Origin: Takakia lepidozioides
Lineage: Eukaryota > Plantae > Bryophyta
NCBI GenBank assembly: GCA_030704615.1
Contig: CM060733.1
Coordinates: forward strand, 12,400,001 to 12,464,000
Direction of reading: 5' to 3'
Length of the DNA: 64,000 bases
Below, one piece after another: positions 26,601 through 39,233 of this stretch. A program made the translations under genes and the position numbers. Positions within the stretch are counted from its first letter, which is position 1, and each line of letters begins with the position of its first letter. The notes under the pieces were generated by a model, which worked only from the letters and a program-made list of their open reading frames with translations, was not told the DNA's origin and searched no databases.

Positions 26601-29600
26601 GCAAACAAGTCTTATGAGTACATATTCTCTCTCTCCCTCTCTCTTGCTGAAATCAACCAACCTGTAGATGCTGATTGCATGAAAGAGCGCAATCATGGTG
26701 GCACAATCAACCCAATTTTGATGTCGTATGTCCAACAAAGTGAACGCTGCCCTAAGGCTCTCTTGTCGAGCTGTTGTGTGCTTTGCAACCTCAGTTGCAA
26801 TCTACATCAGCAAGTGATGGTCCCCGTTACACTTTGCAATGGCCCTCTTCAGGAACAGAGTGAGAACTTCAATCCTGTGCACTTTCCTTTGGCCACTTTG
26901 CGATTGAGTAGAACACTCACATTCAGGTGCAGCCCGGGTTTTTGTCTATGGACTGCCGAGAGAGGGGTGCTAAAAAATGCTTCCATGACAGCTTAGAACG
27001 TATTTGAAACTACAGGCTGACAAATTCACATACCTGAGCCTTGTAGTTGCTGTAGATGACAGAAAATACGAGATTCATCAGAAAAAAAAGCCCCACAACC
27101 AGATAGGTGAAGAAAAAAAAGAATGCCCGGCGGTCTGCAGTGTAGGCAGCAGCCCAGACGTTTGGATTGTTGGCAGTTGTCAGCAGTATGAACAGATTCA
27201 ACAGAGCAGTGCGGTAATCTTTAAATTCCAATATTGACTGACCGAACATCAAGTTTGCGAGCCACGCTGAGAGCAGCACGAACAGCAGCAACAACACCTG
27301 AGGGACACACACAGAACAGTACCACTGTACTCATTCCCTTCCAAATGAATTGTTGGTTGCCATTCCATTTCTGCTATGTTGGGCACAAGGACCTCAAAGG
27401 AGCCCCACAAAAGGTTCCAGGAGGGTTAGTTTCTAGCGGGGTCAATGGCCATAAGGCTATGACAAGTCAACGTTCACGGGGAAGAGCATGAGTACATTCT
27501 ATCTGTACATCTATAACTCCATGGGGTTATCTGAGATATGTACGGTTTAAGAGCCAAAAGAAGAGAGTTCTATAATGTTTCAGTCAAGGCACAGCCTGAT
27601 CGATAGATATAGAGGTATATTGTTTCCTGCAGTTTGACACCTAGAGGCCAGGTCATTCAAGTCTGTGAGAGTTCCGACCAGACATTTATGGAATCCAAGA
27701 ATCTGTGGACACCACGATTCTTCAAGGAATTGCTTGTATGTCCAAACAGACCAGAAAAGAAACGGCATGGAAACTCCTGATAGCTTGGAGAAGTGACAAT
27801 ACCGCAATATGAACGAAAGTGCCCACAATGCGCAAAGTTGTGCGAAAGCATACACGTAAAGCCCTGGCAGATGCAAATCACAGAACATCCATCATTGTGA
27901 TCACAAAGCAAAATTGCAACGGAATTTTCAATATAAGATCTTCGATTCCACCGAGCTGATCATGAACAAAGATGGTAAGTAAAGTTACTTGGTAAAGACT
28001 ATTGGAGCGATCACACGCAAGTACATCAAGAGTGGGATGCATTGAGGTTGATCAAGGCCTGCAGCTGAAGCAGAGACAGTTGCCATCATTGCTGTCAATA
28101 GGATCACCTGAGAGATGAGACAGCTACATATAAGAGAAACTCCAAAGCCAAACTAGATGGAGGAATAGACGTAGACATCAACAGGTTCTGTAACAGGTCC
28201 ATAAGAGCGTGGCACCTGCCAGATACACCTTCCCCCAGGCTAGTGGTAGGGGTTAAACCACCAGGGCATGATACTGAAACATGATCTTACTGACGTTGAA
28301 CCCAAGTGGTAGACAATCATATAGACGAAGAGAAGACAAGTTGTAATAAGGTAAGGAACCAGGTAAGCACTCAGACATGACCTTAAAGGAATGGAATTAC
28401 CTTGTAGACTGCCACACGGCGTGTCCAGAACGTCAACCTTAGAATATAGAACTCCAAAGCAACCGAAATTGCCAGCGGAGCCAGGCACAAGGTCTACATG
28501 AACACACATGGTCACTTTTCACACACCACAGCCTGCATGAACCTTCCCAAATAATATGCAGAAACTTAGACAGATCATGTGGGGGATTTAGACTTGATTG
28601 TGGGAAGGCCTATCAAACATGTTAGCTGGGTTATGTACATCAAAAGCATCCGCCCTGAAAACAAACCATTAGAAATTCCTTGAGCCAAATCAGCTGTTTC
28701 ATATCTAATTCCCTAACTCTTGTTGCCATCTGTCAGGGCAACAGCAATCAGCTCAAACAACAATCTTTTCCACTGGGGTATACATCACATGTATTCTTCC
28801 ATACAATCGTAGATTTGAAGACAACATTGCTTAAACCCTGGATGCACTCCTTGTGGATCCTGTACATTCTGCAGACTGCATATGTGTGAGAATATGTACA
28901 CCTGATGATGACTATCACTCAAAAACCATGATTGGCTGTTGTTGCCAATGACTGAAAAGCTACATACCTCAATTAAAAGAGAGAGATTTGGTTGAATGTA
29001 TGGGATGCCACTAAGTGCATACTTCTTTGGGTCGCCACAAGGGTGAGGACCTTCCCCTTGACACCATGGAGGAACCTGAATCTTAACCAGTATGACATCA
29101 AGAACCGAAACAGCTAGAAGGCCAGTAGTCAGCAGAAAAGGAAAACGTACAATATTGCAAATACATCATGCTGCACACATCTGTGATGGTTATATATGTG
29201 GCAGTCATGCTACAGTGGCAAGAAAAAGCTCACACAGTAAAATTTGGTCGCACCTCCAAGAATGGTAGAGCCACCAACATGAAGAAGGCAATGACTCTGG
29301 CTGGAAATAATCTGTGGTAGAAGATGAAGGCCTGCTTAGCTCGGTGGTGGTTCTTATGGTATACTACCTCCAGTGGCATCGACCGGCCCATCAATGCCTA
29401 CGATCGTCCCCAGCACCCTCCCTATCAGTTTTCTTACCCTTGAGTAAAACCAGCCGCAATTGCGACGACGCTCGTGCAAACCCAAAGACAATCCGCTTAC
29501 AAGGGACTCAGGGTTGATCCAAGGACTGATTGTGCGTCAATACGCTATGGTCGCCTTCTGCCATGCGGCTGCGATGTATAACCGAATTGAAGGAATGCAG

Positions 29601-29810
29601 TGTTCTGCTTTGAGGTGTGGAGGGACTAACCTGCTCCACAAGTGCTGCAGCCATTTGGACGTTTGAGGAGATGGGCAACGCTGACGCCGCATCGGTAATT
29701 AATTCCTCGTCCAGGCTAATAGAGCTGTTCAATGGACCCATAAAGGGACAATGCAAATCCACTTCCTGAATCTCGAGAAACTTCCCCTTCTTGATGTCAT
29801 CATTCTTCAT
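23658..29810 (-). CDS. TPC: Two-pore channel (TPC) with TAN/VNN selectivity filters, 12 exons
   Basis: VQMAAALVEQ, LEVPPWC..PCGDP..Y.LSGIPY, pore 1 LFILLTTANNPNVW, EF-like DLDRRGDFKIWQDEF, WNRFD, pore 2 NYNDYASSMVTSFNLCVVNNWYVFM, LNVVVAFIVEAF; exons join in frame with GT-AG. Confidence 0.93.
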
Positions 29811-31895
29811 CGTACAGTGAGAAGACTCTAGAGATCGTTGAAGCAAGTATCAACATTTACTCTTCACAATTGTCTCACTGCAGATTGCATCACTGAAAAA
29901 GCAGCATCCCCTTTTGTTTCGAATGGCACACATTACTATAGTACAACCTCTAAAACCAGTTTCTACGGAGGACATTCTTCAACGCGCTCAGCTTCCCAGA
30001 CTCCAACCAGCACCTTGCACTGTTCAAAACCCACTTACAAATTTCTCCAGTTTAAACAAACTTTCGCTTCAAAACATTCTCCTCGAGATCACCATACCGA
30101 ACAGAGCGATTATGACCTCCAATCAAGTTCGTGAATCAAATGCTCCGTAAAGTTGTCCTGAATCAGCGTGTCGACGGACACATGTCAGTAACAACAAATA
30201 TCTCCATCTCGTGCAAGTCTTTTCTAGTCTTTTGGATGGCAACTTGTTTTGCGGGAGAGCAACAAAGTTAATGTAGAGCACTAAGCTTCTATATCACGGC
30301 TCAACCCATCAAGCCTCTCACATTCAATCGACACCACGGACATCATAGTATACTGCACGGAGCAACAGCGAATAGCACTTAGGAACATTTCGAGGAATAT
30401 TTTGGAAATACATTTGGATCAGATATAATCCTTCAATTCACTTTGGTCCTTTTACACAATCTTGTAATGCGAACACGTACTCGCTTGTGTGAAGTTCTAA
30501 GCTCTAAACCAGTCGTGAGACTTAATCACTTTGGAGTGACACACTATTTCTTAACTTTACTCAATGGTCCCATAAGATTCACTGCATGTGAAAATTTTCC
30601 TCATCGCCGAATACACTACTTGCAGAAAGACAGATGTGTGAGGTTGGACTCCCTAGACAGGAAACCCAGAATCAGCCTAGACGGTGGTCATGGTAATTAG
30701 CGTTGTTTTGAAGCTTTTGGATTGAGCAAGGAGAGATGCGGTGGTCTTAACAAAAAATGCAAAATTGCCATATATCAGGCACATGCATACAAGTCATTTT
30801 TTAGGGTAGTTGATGAAGCCTTAACAGTTGGTTGCCGTGTGTGAATGTATGGGAGAGACTTCCTGTGCAGTGTGTGTGTTGTACGGAGTAGAAGCCAACA
30901 ATAGCTTCTAGAAATGTGACAGGCCCAAGAAGTAGGTGGTTGGTGGACTGGAAAGCTATTTGGCTGTCATGTATTGGAGTTGTTCTTCCAGGATACTTTT
31001 CGAGCTGTCTTGATATATTGCATCAACTAAAAGACCTGCTCTCTTTAGAATAATTAGGCCTCTAGAATAATTACGCCAACTGCATAGCTTACATATCCTC
31101 GAGGACTAGATCAATCCTCACTTCTGCGGGCCTCAAATTTCAAAAGTTTTTAGTGCAAACCTCTGCAAGCTTTGAGGTGATGAACAGGAAGAAAATCTCA
31201 TAACAAAATTCAAGCTTTCATTCCGGAGTACATGATAAAGAAATGTCATTCCCTGTAGGTTGTGCACAAGAAGAGAGATTCGAAGAGAAGACACTCTCTG
31301 TTGCTTCGACTCTCTCAAAGAAGGCTTGACTACTGTCTTTGGGTCTAAGACTACACTACTTGTTCATAATGGATGCAACACATCCCAAAGCTTGTTGGGG
31401 TCCCTACTATGGAGAATGAGTCCAGCTGACATAACTAAGAGCCACTTCACCTCACGCCTACTAAGCCCTTTCAGATTTTGCGGGTGGGTGCAAACCATGT
31501 CAATATTCCATTGATTGACACCCTACTCAAAAGTGAGGATTGATCAAGTATTTTTTCCTTCTGATCAACTCCAATATCAAATAGTTTTTCAACCTAAAGA
31601 CAATCTTCACATTCTCTAGACAATAAGAATGAGACAAGTCTTGGAATTTTGTAGTTTGGCAATGCAAGGAAACCTTTTCCAACACAGGCTTGCAGCATTC
31701 AGAGGACTTCAAGGCTCTCTAGACAAATCCCCTTATTCCACACAGCGAAAACACTCACTCACTCGCGAAAGGAAGATTTCCAACACGCAAGCACTCCGAC
31801 AAAAGTTTGTTGAAGCTGTTGATCATTGAAGTCAAAACCAAATGTACCAAAGTTCCTATAGTTTGTACCCGTCAAAAGAGTAGGGAGGATATCAG

Positions 31896-32744
31896 CTAGT
31901 TATTTGTGTACTTCCGTTTCCTTCGCTCTCCTGCTCCTGCTCGGGTGGAACCCTCAAACTTAATAGTGACTGCAGGTGCAGCAGGAACAGGGGCTGGTAC
32001 AGGGGGTGGTGGCGGAGGCGGAGGCTCTTCAGGGAGAGGACGGGGAAGAATATGCTTCAGACGGTTATTTCGATAGTGTTTCCAGAAGTAAAATTGCTGC
32101 CTGTGAGCAACCTCCTGTCCACATGTTCAAAGAGCTGATTCAGTCAAATTGCAATAGGATGATGCTTAAGGGAAAGTTGAAGCATACATTATTTAATAGC
32201 CACTCTAACTGTCAGCAGATGGCCAAGTGATACAGGCACTGAAGATATACACTATAGGCAGGCAGGCCATGGCAATGTCTGTACGAGTCACATATACACT
32301 AGTGGAACCCCACAACCGGTTACTATCCACAGAAACTATGGCCTCAAAAGTGTGTGATAAGTCAGTTTTCAGAGGGAATGCTCAATGTGCTCAATGTGCT
32401 TTCTCTCTCACTCGCCTCCCAATCCAGAGCTAAGCAAGGCCTGTGTGGGTCGCTGATGTATGAAGGTAGTAAGGGACTGTTGGCAACAAGCAGAACACAA
32501 GAAAGCCTGCCAGATACCTCTCTCTGACAATGAGAGATACCCACATAAATGTACCTTATTTGCTGGATGGGCCATTGCGCTGCGGAAATGTGGACTTTGA
32601 AGAAGATCTAGAAAGAAAAACGCATGTGGGTACCTGTGGAAACAAGATTTGAACCCATTAACCTTGTTTTAGGCCGTGACACCTGGATATTTTGAGCTGA
32701 CAAAGACAGTCACAGACTGGGTTGAGAGGGAGTGCCGGAGAGAT

Positions 32745-32790
<46 letters not shown>

Positions 32791-33660
32791 ATTACACTAT
32801 GAACTTGGCGTATGCAGGCTGCAGCCAATATTGGAGATACTTGAGGTAGCCTACGAAAGCTTCATCATCGAAGTACCGATTTTGAGCCAAATCTGCCAAA
32901 TTATTTCCAAGCCATGAGCAGTCAAAACAATTGAAAACAGGAGAGGTTCACACATGCAAATAACCATCCGTCGATATACCAGTTCAGAACTTCTCACCAC
33001 AGAACGAAGGGCCAGAGATCAACTCGTTGACAGTTTGTGCTACCGTTACTTGTATACACTAAACTCCATCTAACGGCCATTGGCGTTGTCCCACCAGGGC
33101 AAGAAATTCATTCCGTTGTGTGCGACCACAAAAGCAACGATCTCAGTTCAAAGTTGAGCGACTGTCGACTAAATCCACATAGCTCTCGATAGAACGACGA
33201 TGATTCCAGCATTCTTACCTTCTCGTAAACATAGATGAAAATGGGAAGTACAGTGAAGAGAAAGTACAGTGAATGTAGGTAGGGTTGGCTAGTAATTGCA
33301 CGAACTCCAGCTCCAGCAAAAAGCGCTGCCGCCCACCATCTGTCTCCTTCAGTGTTTCCTTCCCCCTGTGTCAATCCACAACAAGTCCCATGGCAGATTG
33401 GGAGAATGAGATCATGCACTCTTAGCTGATTGAAAACGCAAAACACATCAAAACATCCTTCACAAGACATATCTAGACCTAAATGTGTGACACGAGTTGT
33501 AATTCGAGAAAATTTAAAACCCAAATTATGCTTCTGCTGCAAGTTGGCAGATCACCTTCACACTACTCATCCTCAGACGATAATCAGACTGCAGATAGAC
33601 ACCAACTCACACTGGATCGTTGGAAGCAGGCCCTGCATCACTCACAGAGGGAGCGGCCAT
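31896..33660 (-). CDS. MED31: Mediator subunit 31 (SOH1), 5 exons (last exon end approximate)
   Basis: MAAPSVSDAGPASNDPV | GKETLKETDGGRQRFLLELEFVQLLANPTYIH | YLAQNRYFDDEAFVGYLKYLQYW | YPHAFFFLDLLQ..FRSAMAHP | EVAHRQQFYFWKHYRNNRLKHILPRPLPE..RRKRK. Confidence 0.93.
32749..32788. repeat. 40-nt poly(G) homopolymer in MED31 intron 3
   Basis: Directly seen. Confidence 0.9.
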
Positions 33661-34662
33661 AACTACTGAAAACCTTCAAGACACCACCTTCTGATTTTCA
33701 TCTTACTCGTCAGAGAAGGGCAGTTCCTCAGCCTACCATCATCACCAACGCATCTTCATAAACTTCCCCAAACTTTCCTCTTTCTTCTTTCCTACTGGGT
33801 TCAATCGTTCAACATGTGCCTTCAGACCGTCCATTGGGCCCTCGATGGCCTGTGTGTTGAGCAGGAGGCTCTGTAAATTCACTGGACGTTAAAGAAACTT
33901 TATCTTTATCTTTCCAGATGGCTTATACCACAGTACAGTGAAAATTACACTACATACCGAACAGGGCGTTAAAGTAATGTGTATTTTTAGACCAAACTAA
34001 CGTTAACAGCTGTTCTGTTAAGATAACGGAACTTGGGCCTCACTACATAACCCGTTTCTTAGTACCCAAGAAAGGGGACATATAGTATTAACAAATTAAA
34101 GACTTTGTTTCTGCACTGTTTGTGTGATAATTGTGAGGCCGCTTCTTTTCTGAGTACCAATGTACCAATGTCGGCAGCAAAGAATCATAAAAGACCACTG
34201 TTTTCAATTCTGATATGCTCAGAACTCCTTATATGCACACCATGAGAATGTTCTGTGGGACAAAATATGGGGTTGTTCTTATGTATGCTACTGTTACGCA
34301 CCTCTCCTCGAAGGCAGCCCTTCACCGATCCTAAGCAGCACCACCGTTCTTGTAGAGGAAGATCCACGGCTCACTCCAGACTCTAGTCTCTTGTGTGCTT
34401 TGTTACCCTATCGCAGCGTTCTAGTTGGGCTGTGTTTGCTAAGCCACAGTGATACGAAGTCCGCATCTCCTTACTCACCTTCTGCAAACTCACCCTCGCT
34501 GATCTCAACATCTGGCCTCTCTCCACTAATCTTCTCCTGCGATAGCGATCCAGCAAACAACCATCTCCGCACACGCGGAAGGAAGACGCACAACAGCTAT
34601 TGGGATTGGGTAGTTTCCCTTCCCCCTGCCACACGAGGAGATAAATCACATAGCAAAACATT

Positions 34663-34673
34663 ATCCCATATCG
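34663..34673 (+). promoter_or_regulatory. Plant snRNA upstream sequence element (USE)
   Basis: ATCCCATATCG versus consensus RTCCCACATCG, 59-69 nt upstream of the U2 start. Confidence 0.75.
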
Positions 34674-34731
34674 ATTGCCCATATTTACAGTCCATCCTAG
34701 TGTATGAGTCTCCTGGCGCTTCTGATGTAAT

Positions 34732-34925
34732 ATACCTTTCTCGGCCTTCTGGCTAAGATCAAGTGTAGTATCTGTTCTTATCAGTTTAATATCTGATACG
34801 AGACTCATTGAGTCTCATGATATTATTCTAATTTTTCTCGGGTGCGGGCCCACCAGGCAGCTTGCTACCCGGGCCCGCGCGCGTCGCCTCGGTAGTGCAC
34901 TGCCTCCTCGGCTGGCGCAACCCTC
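34732..34925 (+). ncRNA. U2: U2 spliceosomal snRNA (3' end approximate)
   Basis: ATACCTTTCTCGGCCTTCTGGCTAAGATCAAGTGTAGTATCTGTTCTTATCAGTTTAATATCTGATA (includes branch-site pairing GTAGTA), stem IIb gagactca-t-tgagtctc, Sm-like AATTTTT, GC-rich stems III/IV with a TGCACT loop. Confidence 0.96.
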
Positions 34926-35140
34926 CCCTCCCGGGGACCCATATATCACAAACTGGATGACATAAGTGACAATAATATAATAGATGAGCCAGCAAATGGA
35001 AACCTTAAGTTGCAGAGACAAATGTTCAAACCTAACCCTAAATTCTGTCGTTGATGCATAATCTTCGAATACAGTGAGTGTGATCAACATTTACTAGGAT
35101 GATTTTCTCAAATACTTAGTGACTCTGTTATGTGTCGAAA

Positions 35141-35504
35141 GCCTCTCATTTTACAATAATTGGGACATTATGGCGCACGCGCGAGCTGACCGGTGGGCCC
35201 CGCGCATGATAGCCCGGATCCCCCGCCGCTGCGCGGGGTCGCCCACCTGCCGCGGGCGCGGCCCGCCAGTCCAGCCCCACCCGCGCTCCGCCGCGCCCCC
35301 AGTCCGCCGCCCATGAGTCCAGTTCCCCTCAGTCCGCCAAACCGCCAGTCTGCTGTGCACGCCAGTCCGTTGTGCCAGTCCCCACAAGTCCACCCAATAG
35401 TCTGATGTGCCCGTCTGCTGCCCCCAGTCTGCCAATCTGCCAGTCCGCGCCGGCCGAAGGATCTGGATCGTCCATTCTGAGAAACCCATTCGCGCCATCC
35501 ATGT
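35141..35504 (+). repeat. Left TIR of the MULE (GC/CpG-rich)
   Basis: Reverse complement aligns with 49846-50254, with indels. Confidence 0.9.
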
Positions 35505-36849
35505 TTAGGGTATGGAAGATCGTAACACCCTGCCACGAACTCGCCCACTCAATCTTGTTGTCTCGTTCTTGCGGCTCTTTTGTTGTCCAATGTTGCGGAG
35601 GTGACTTTGCACACATGCGGCTGTTGTTCTTGTTTATGGCGATTTTAATGACGATGAAGGGTGTGCCTGAACATGAGAGGGCTGGCGGGGCTCTACAGCC
35701 ACCATCGTGCATATGCTTCCACTATTTTCGCCATTGTTTTGTGTTGACGTGCTTATTTTTTAGGACGATATATGGAAAAATTGCATGCGTTTACGGTTTG
35801 TGGTGTGTCTCCGAGTCCGAGCTCCTTCGTATGGAGCAGGAAACCATTTGTAACACGATAGCAGAAATTGCGGAAGCATATGCACGTGGGGGCGTGTATA
35901 TATTGCAGAATTTATGTCCACCGATGAGACTGTTCAGGGGAGGACGTCTCTGCAACCACATGTCTGGGAACTGCGGAGAGTGTGAATGGAACATGATCCA
36001 ATCCGAAGGTCCTCAAACATCCAGATGCACCTCCTGAAACATCACATCTCAACCACTACCGTCTCGTTGAAAACTGGACAATGGGAAATGAGACGTAGCC
36101 TGAGAGATGTGGATTCACGTTGCTTATGGATGTTCGAGGTCCTTACAATTGTAAATGCGCGTGGATCAACAGGCTCTTCGACTGCGTCTTTGTCAGTACT
36201 TTCTCTAAGCAGTGTGTTGTTCCATGAGTATGGGCATATGCAAGTCTGCTGGACGGATGAAATGCAACCACGACATGACGACGACGCCAAGCGTGGTTCT
36301 GATGGGATATCAGTCTGGTCTGTTGGACTGTTAGTCTGTAAGGATACAAGTCTGGTGTGACGTGAGTCTGTTCTTCACTGGACTATTGGGCCGTCACTGC
36401 CTACCGAATTCCGAAGTGTCTTCTCTCGTCTTATCCCCGAAGTCTCTTCTTTCGTCAGTCTGTTGAACCGTTGGTCAGCTGGAAGTCCATCTCTTCGGAT
36501 ATGAGTCATTTTAACTACTACCTTTTAATTATCCGCATTGCCGTGAGTTTGCAGAGCCGTCGGACTGCTGGTCTGTCCGTCTCTTCTGATATCAATCAGC
36601 TAGACTGTCACAAAGTCAGTCTACTGTGGCGCAAGTCTGTTTGCGCTGGGTCTGTTGAGCCGTGATTATTATCACGTGTAAGTCTGCTGGACGTGGTTTA
36701 CGGTGTACTCCCGTATCACCCGGCCGCCTAGGGGATACTTTGTCTTTTGGGATATTAGTCTGTTAGAAATCAGTCTGTTGTCGCGCAAATAACTCTGCGC
36801 CGGTCTCTTCGTCAGTCTGTTGAACCTTCCGTCTGCTCATGTGCTCATG

Positions 36850-37138
36850 TAGCAAATTATACCGCTTGCTATTCGTGGGCTCATGGCAAGTGGTCCTCGA
36901 AGGGTCATTTTGTGAGTATGTCGTGTATTTAAGAAGTTGTGTGCAAAAGTGGTGAATCCTGTAGAGTATGAGGAATTGAGAACTGAAGCAGTTGTCACTC
37001 TGTGTCTTATAGAGAAGGAGTTCCCACCATCATTTTTTGATGTGATGACACATCTGGTTGTTCACCTAGTTGATGAGTTGTACTTATGCGGGCACGTAGC
37101 ATCTCGTTGGATGTACCCCATGGAGCGGGCAATGAAAA
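36850..37138 (+). pseudogene. CACTA transposase (DUF4218) fragment inside the MULE
   Basis: [67 protein letters not shown], the canonical DUF4218 motif. Confidence 0.9.
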
Positions 37139-37139
37139 A

Positions 37140-37520
37140 TTGTGCGTAGCAAGTGCGCTTAATGTGGTTGGGTCGCTTCTTTGTGAACCCAATGCAGAAA
37201 ATCCGCAACATGTAATTGTCTGTTGTTTTCACATCCACATGTGACTCTATCATTTCCGCACCAGCCTCCATCCACTTATCTGTGGTGAAATTTATTCCCT
37301 GGACCAATCCCAAGTCAATTTACAACACGGCCTTTAACCCTGACAACAAAAAAAGCTCACTTTAGAGTGCCAAAAGACACAGATTTACCTGAGAATAAGC
37401 ACTTCAATTTCGCTATGATGTACTAAGTGATAAGAGCCCCATACTAGAAGCAGCACTGCACCCACTTAAAATGAGAGTAACCTAAAAGTTAGTGAGGACA
37501 TTGCGACCCTGCACATTCTT
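37140..37520 (-). pseudogene. RPS3a: Captured fragment of 40S ribosomal protein S3a (eS1) with a retained intron (37299-37481)
   Basis: NVQGRNVLTNF* |GT..AG| GINFTTDK..(small indels)..[37 protein letters not shown]. Confidence 0.88.
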
Positions 37521-39233
37521 GGTGAAGCCAGTTTGGCAATTCGCAGAGAGAACACATATACTGGCGGCCAGCTTCAACCTTTTCTTTGTAATATCTTCCA
37601 TTATTTGACCGGCCAACCTGTGATGACGACAATGCTACCCATATCCTAACAGCATTGCATTCGAAAAGAATTCCCAAAATCAAGATCATGAGGGGAAATG
37701 TGAAGTTCCCTTTGGAACCTTCCACATGGAATGAAGGGTTTGACAGCGAAATAAGGACAAAAAGGGGGAGGAAGATGCAGGTTCCGATTGGGATTTCACA
37801 TCGGGCCTGTAGCTTCATGATGGTGATTGGTTATAACTGCTAATGGAAGAGATGTAGACTTGGCAGTAGATATTTAAACGTTTCGATTATAACTTACCAA
37901 TCTGACACCAGATAACCTTTGTAAATCCTATCAAACTCTCCCTTCATATTCGCATCGTCGATGCTTCCATACATGTCCATGAAGGTAACGTTCCAAATTT
38001 CTTCAAGTAGATGCAGTTCTCGCCTATGATATGATCACCATGCTATCCTGCAATCATCGCATTTGAAGACACGACCCGTCGTTCAGCCATACTGTCGCAC
38101 ATTCCCTCTCTGCAAACTCTACATTCCAAATGACATCCTCTACAGACTCTCACTTTACAGACTCAATGAAGAATGCGACTTAGTGCTCTACGGTAACTAC
38201 AAAATGCTTGAGCTATATCAAACCAATAGGAAACTAACACATGTACTAAGCTGAGAGGATTTCGGCAAACATGGATAGATGAGCTCATCCAATGGATGGA
38301 TCCATTCATGTATATGTCTTCAAAATGACACGTGTACTAATAAAGTCATATAAATGCCTTTAAAATGCCATGTGTAGTGGTGTAGTCATATATATAGAGT
38401 CATGAATCAATCTGCAGTCAAACAGTCATAAGTTTACAAGCCATGTCATGTTGTGGATGAACTCGTCCAATGGATGAATACATTCGTGTATTTGCCTTCG
38501 AAATGACACGTGTAGCGATGTAGTCGTATAATTAGAGCTGTGAAACCATCTCCAGTCATGGAGTCATAACATTCCATGAAACGTCGCCCACGTGTAGTCA
38601 AACATATCACACTAGTCATATAAACCATCCCTGACATTGTGGTCAACAATGTTTGACCAAAGCTTCCTAACTTTCCGGAGTCATGTAGTGATATCCGGCG
38701 TCATGTAGTGATAAAACTATGACTGCAACGCATTTCAGCGCTCTGTAGTCATCTACGAATACTAGGTCTGCTCGGCCGTCTTTGTCATCAGGAGTAAGTC
38801 TGCTGGACTTGATGAATGCGACGACGGCAAACTGACGATAGTCCCACTCATCCCGTCTGCTGGACTGTCCGTGCAGTGGCATACCGCCAGCACGTGTGAG
38901 GGGTCTGCAACTATTTAATGCGATGGCGGCCAAAAATGGGCGCCAGTGAAATCTCGCCACGTCACTCCGCACATACAGGGTCCACTTCCCGCTGGACTTC
39001 TTTCGCACTGTCCACCTCCCATTGGTCCTTTGTGCGTGTTAGGTTTTCGAGGCGCGGACAGTCGCGTGAGCACCGAATCGTCGCAACAACCGTCGTCTGT
39101 TGCCCGGTGAGCTTTCCTCTTTGTGCTTTGTGCTTTGGTTTCTTTCCATTCTCTTTTTCGCTCTTCTCTGCTTTCTTATTCTTAGTCTGTCTGTCGCTCA
39201 TTGCCGCTGCAGCTCTTGTCTGATTCTGCAGCC

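Noticed and set aside
34383-34808. ORF starting MSLVSDIKLIRTDTTLDLSQKAEKG
   Set aside because: It is the antisense translation of the U2 snRNA, a familiar spurious protein.
35151-35712. Several overlapping ORFs at the element ends (also 49637-50225)
   Set aside because: Explained by GC-rich TIR sequence lacking stop codons.
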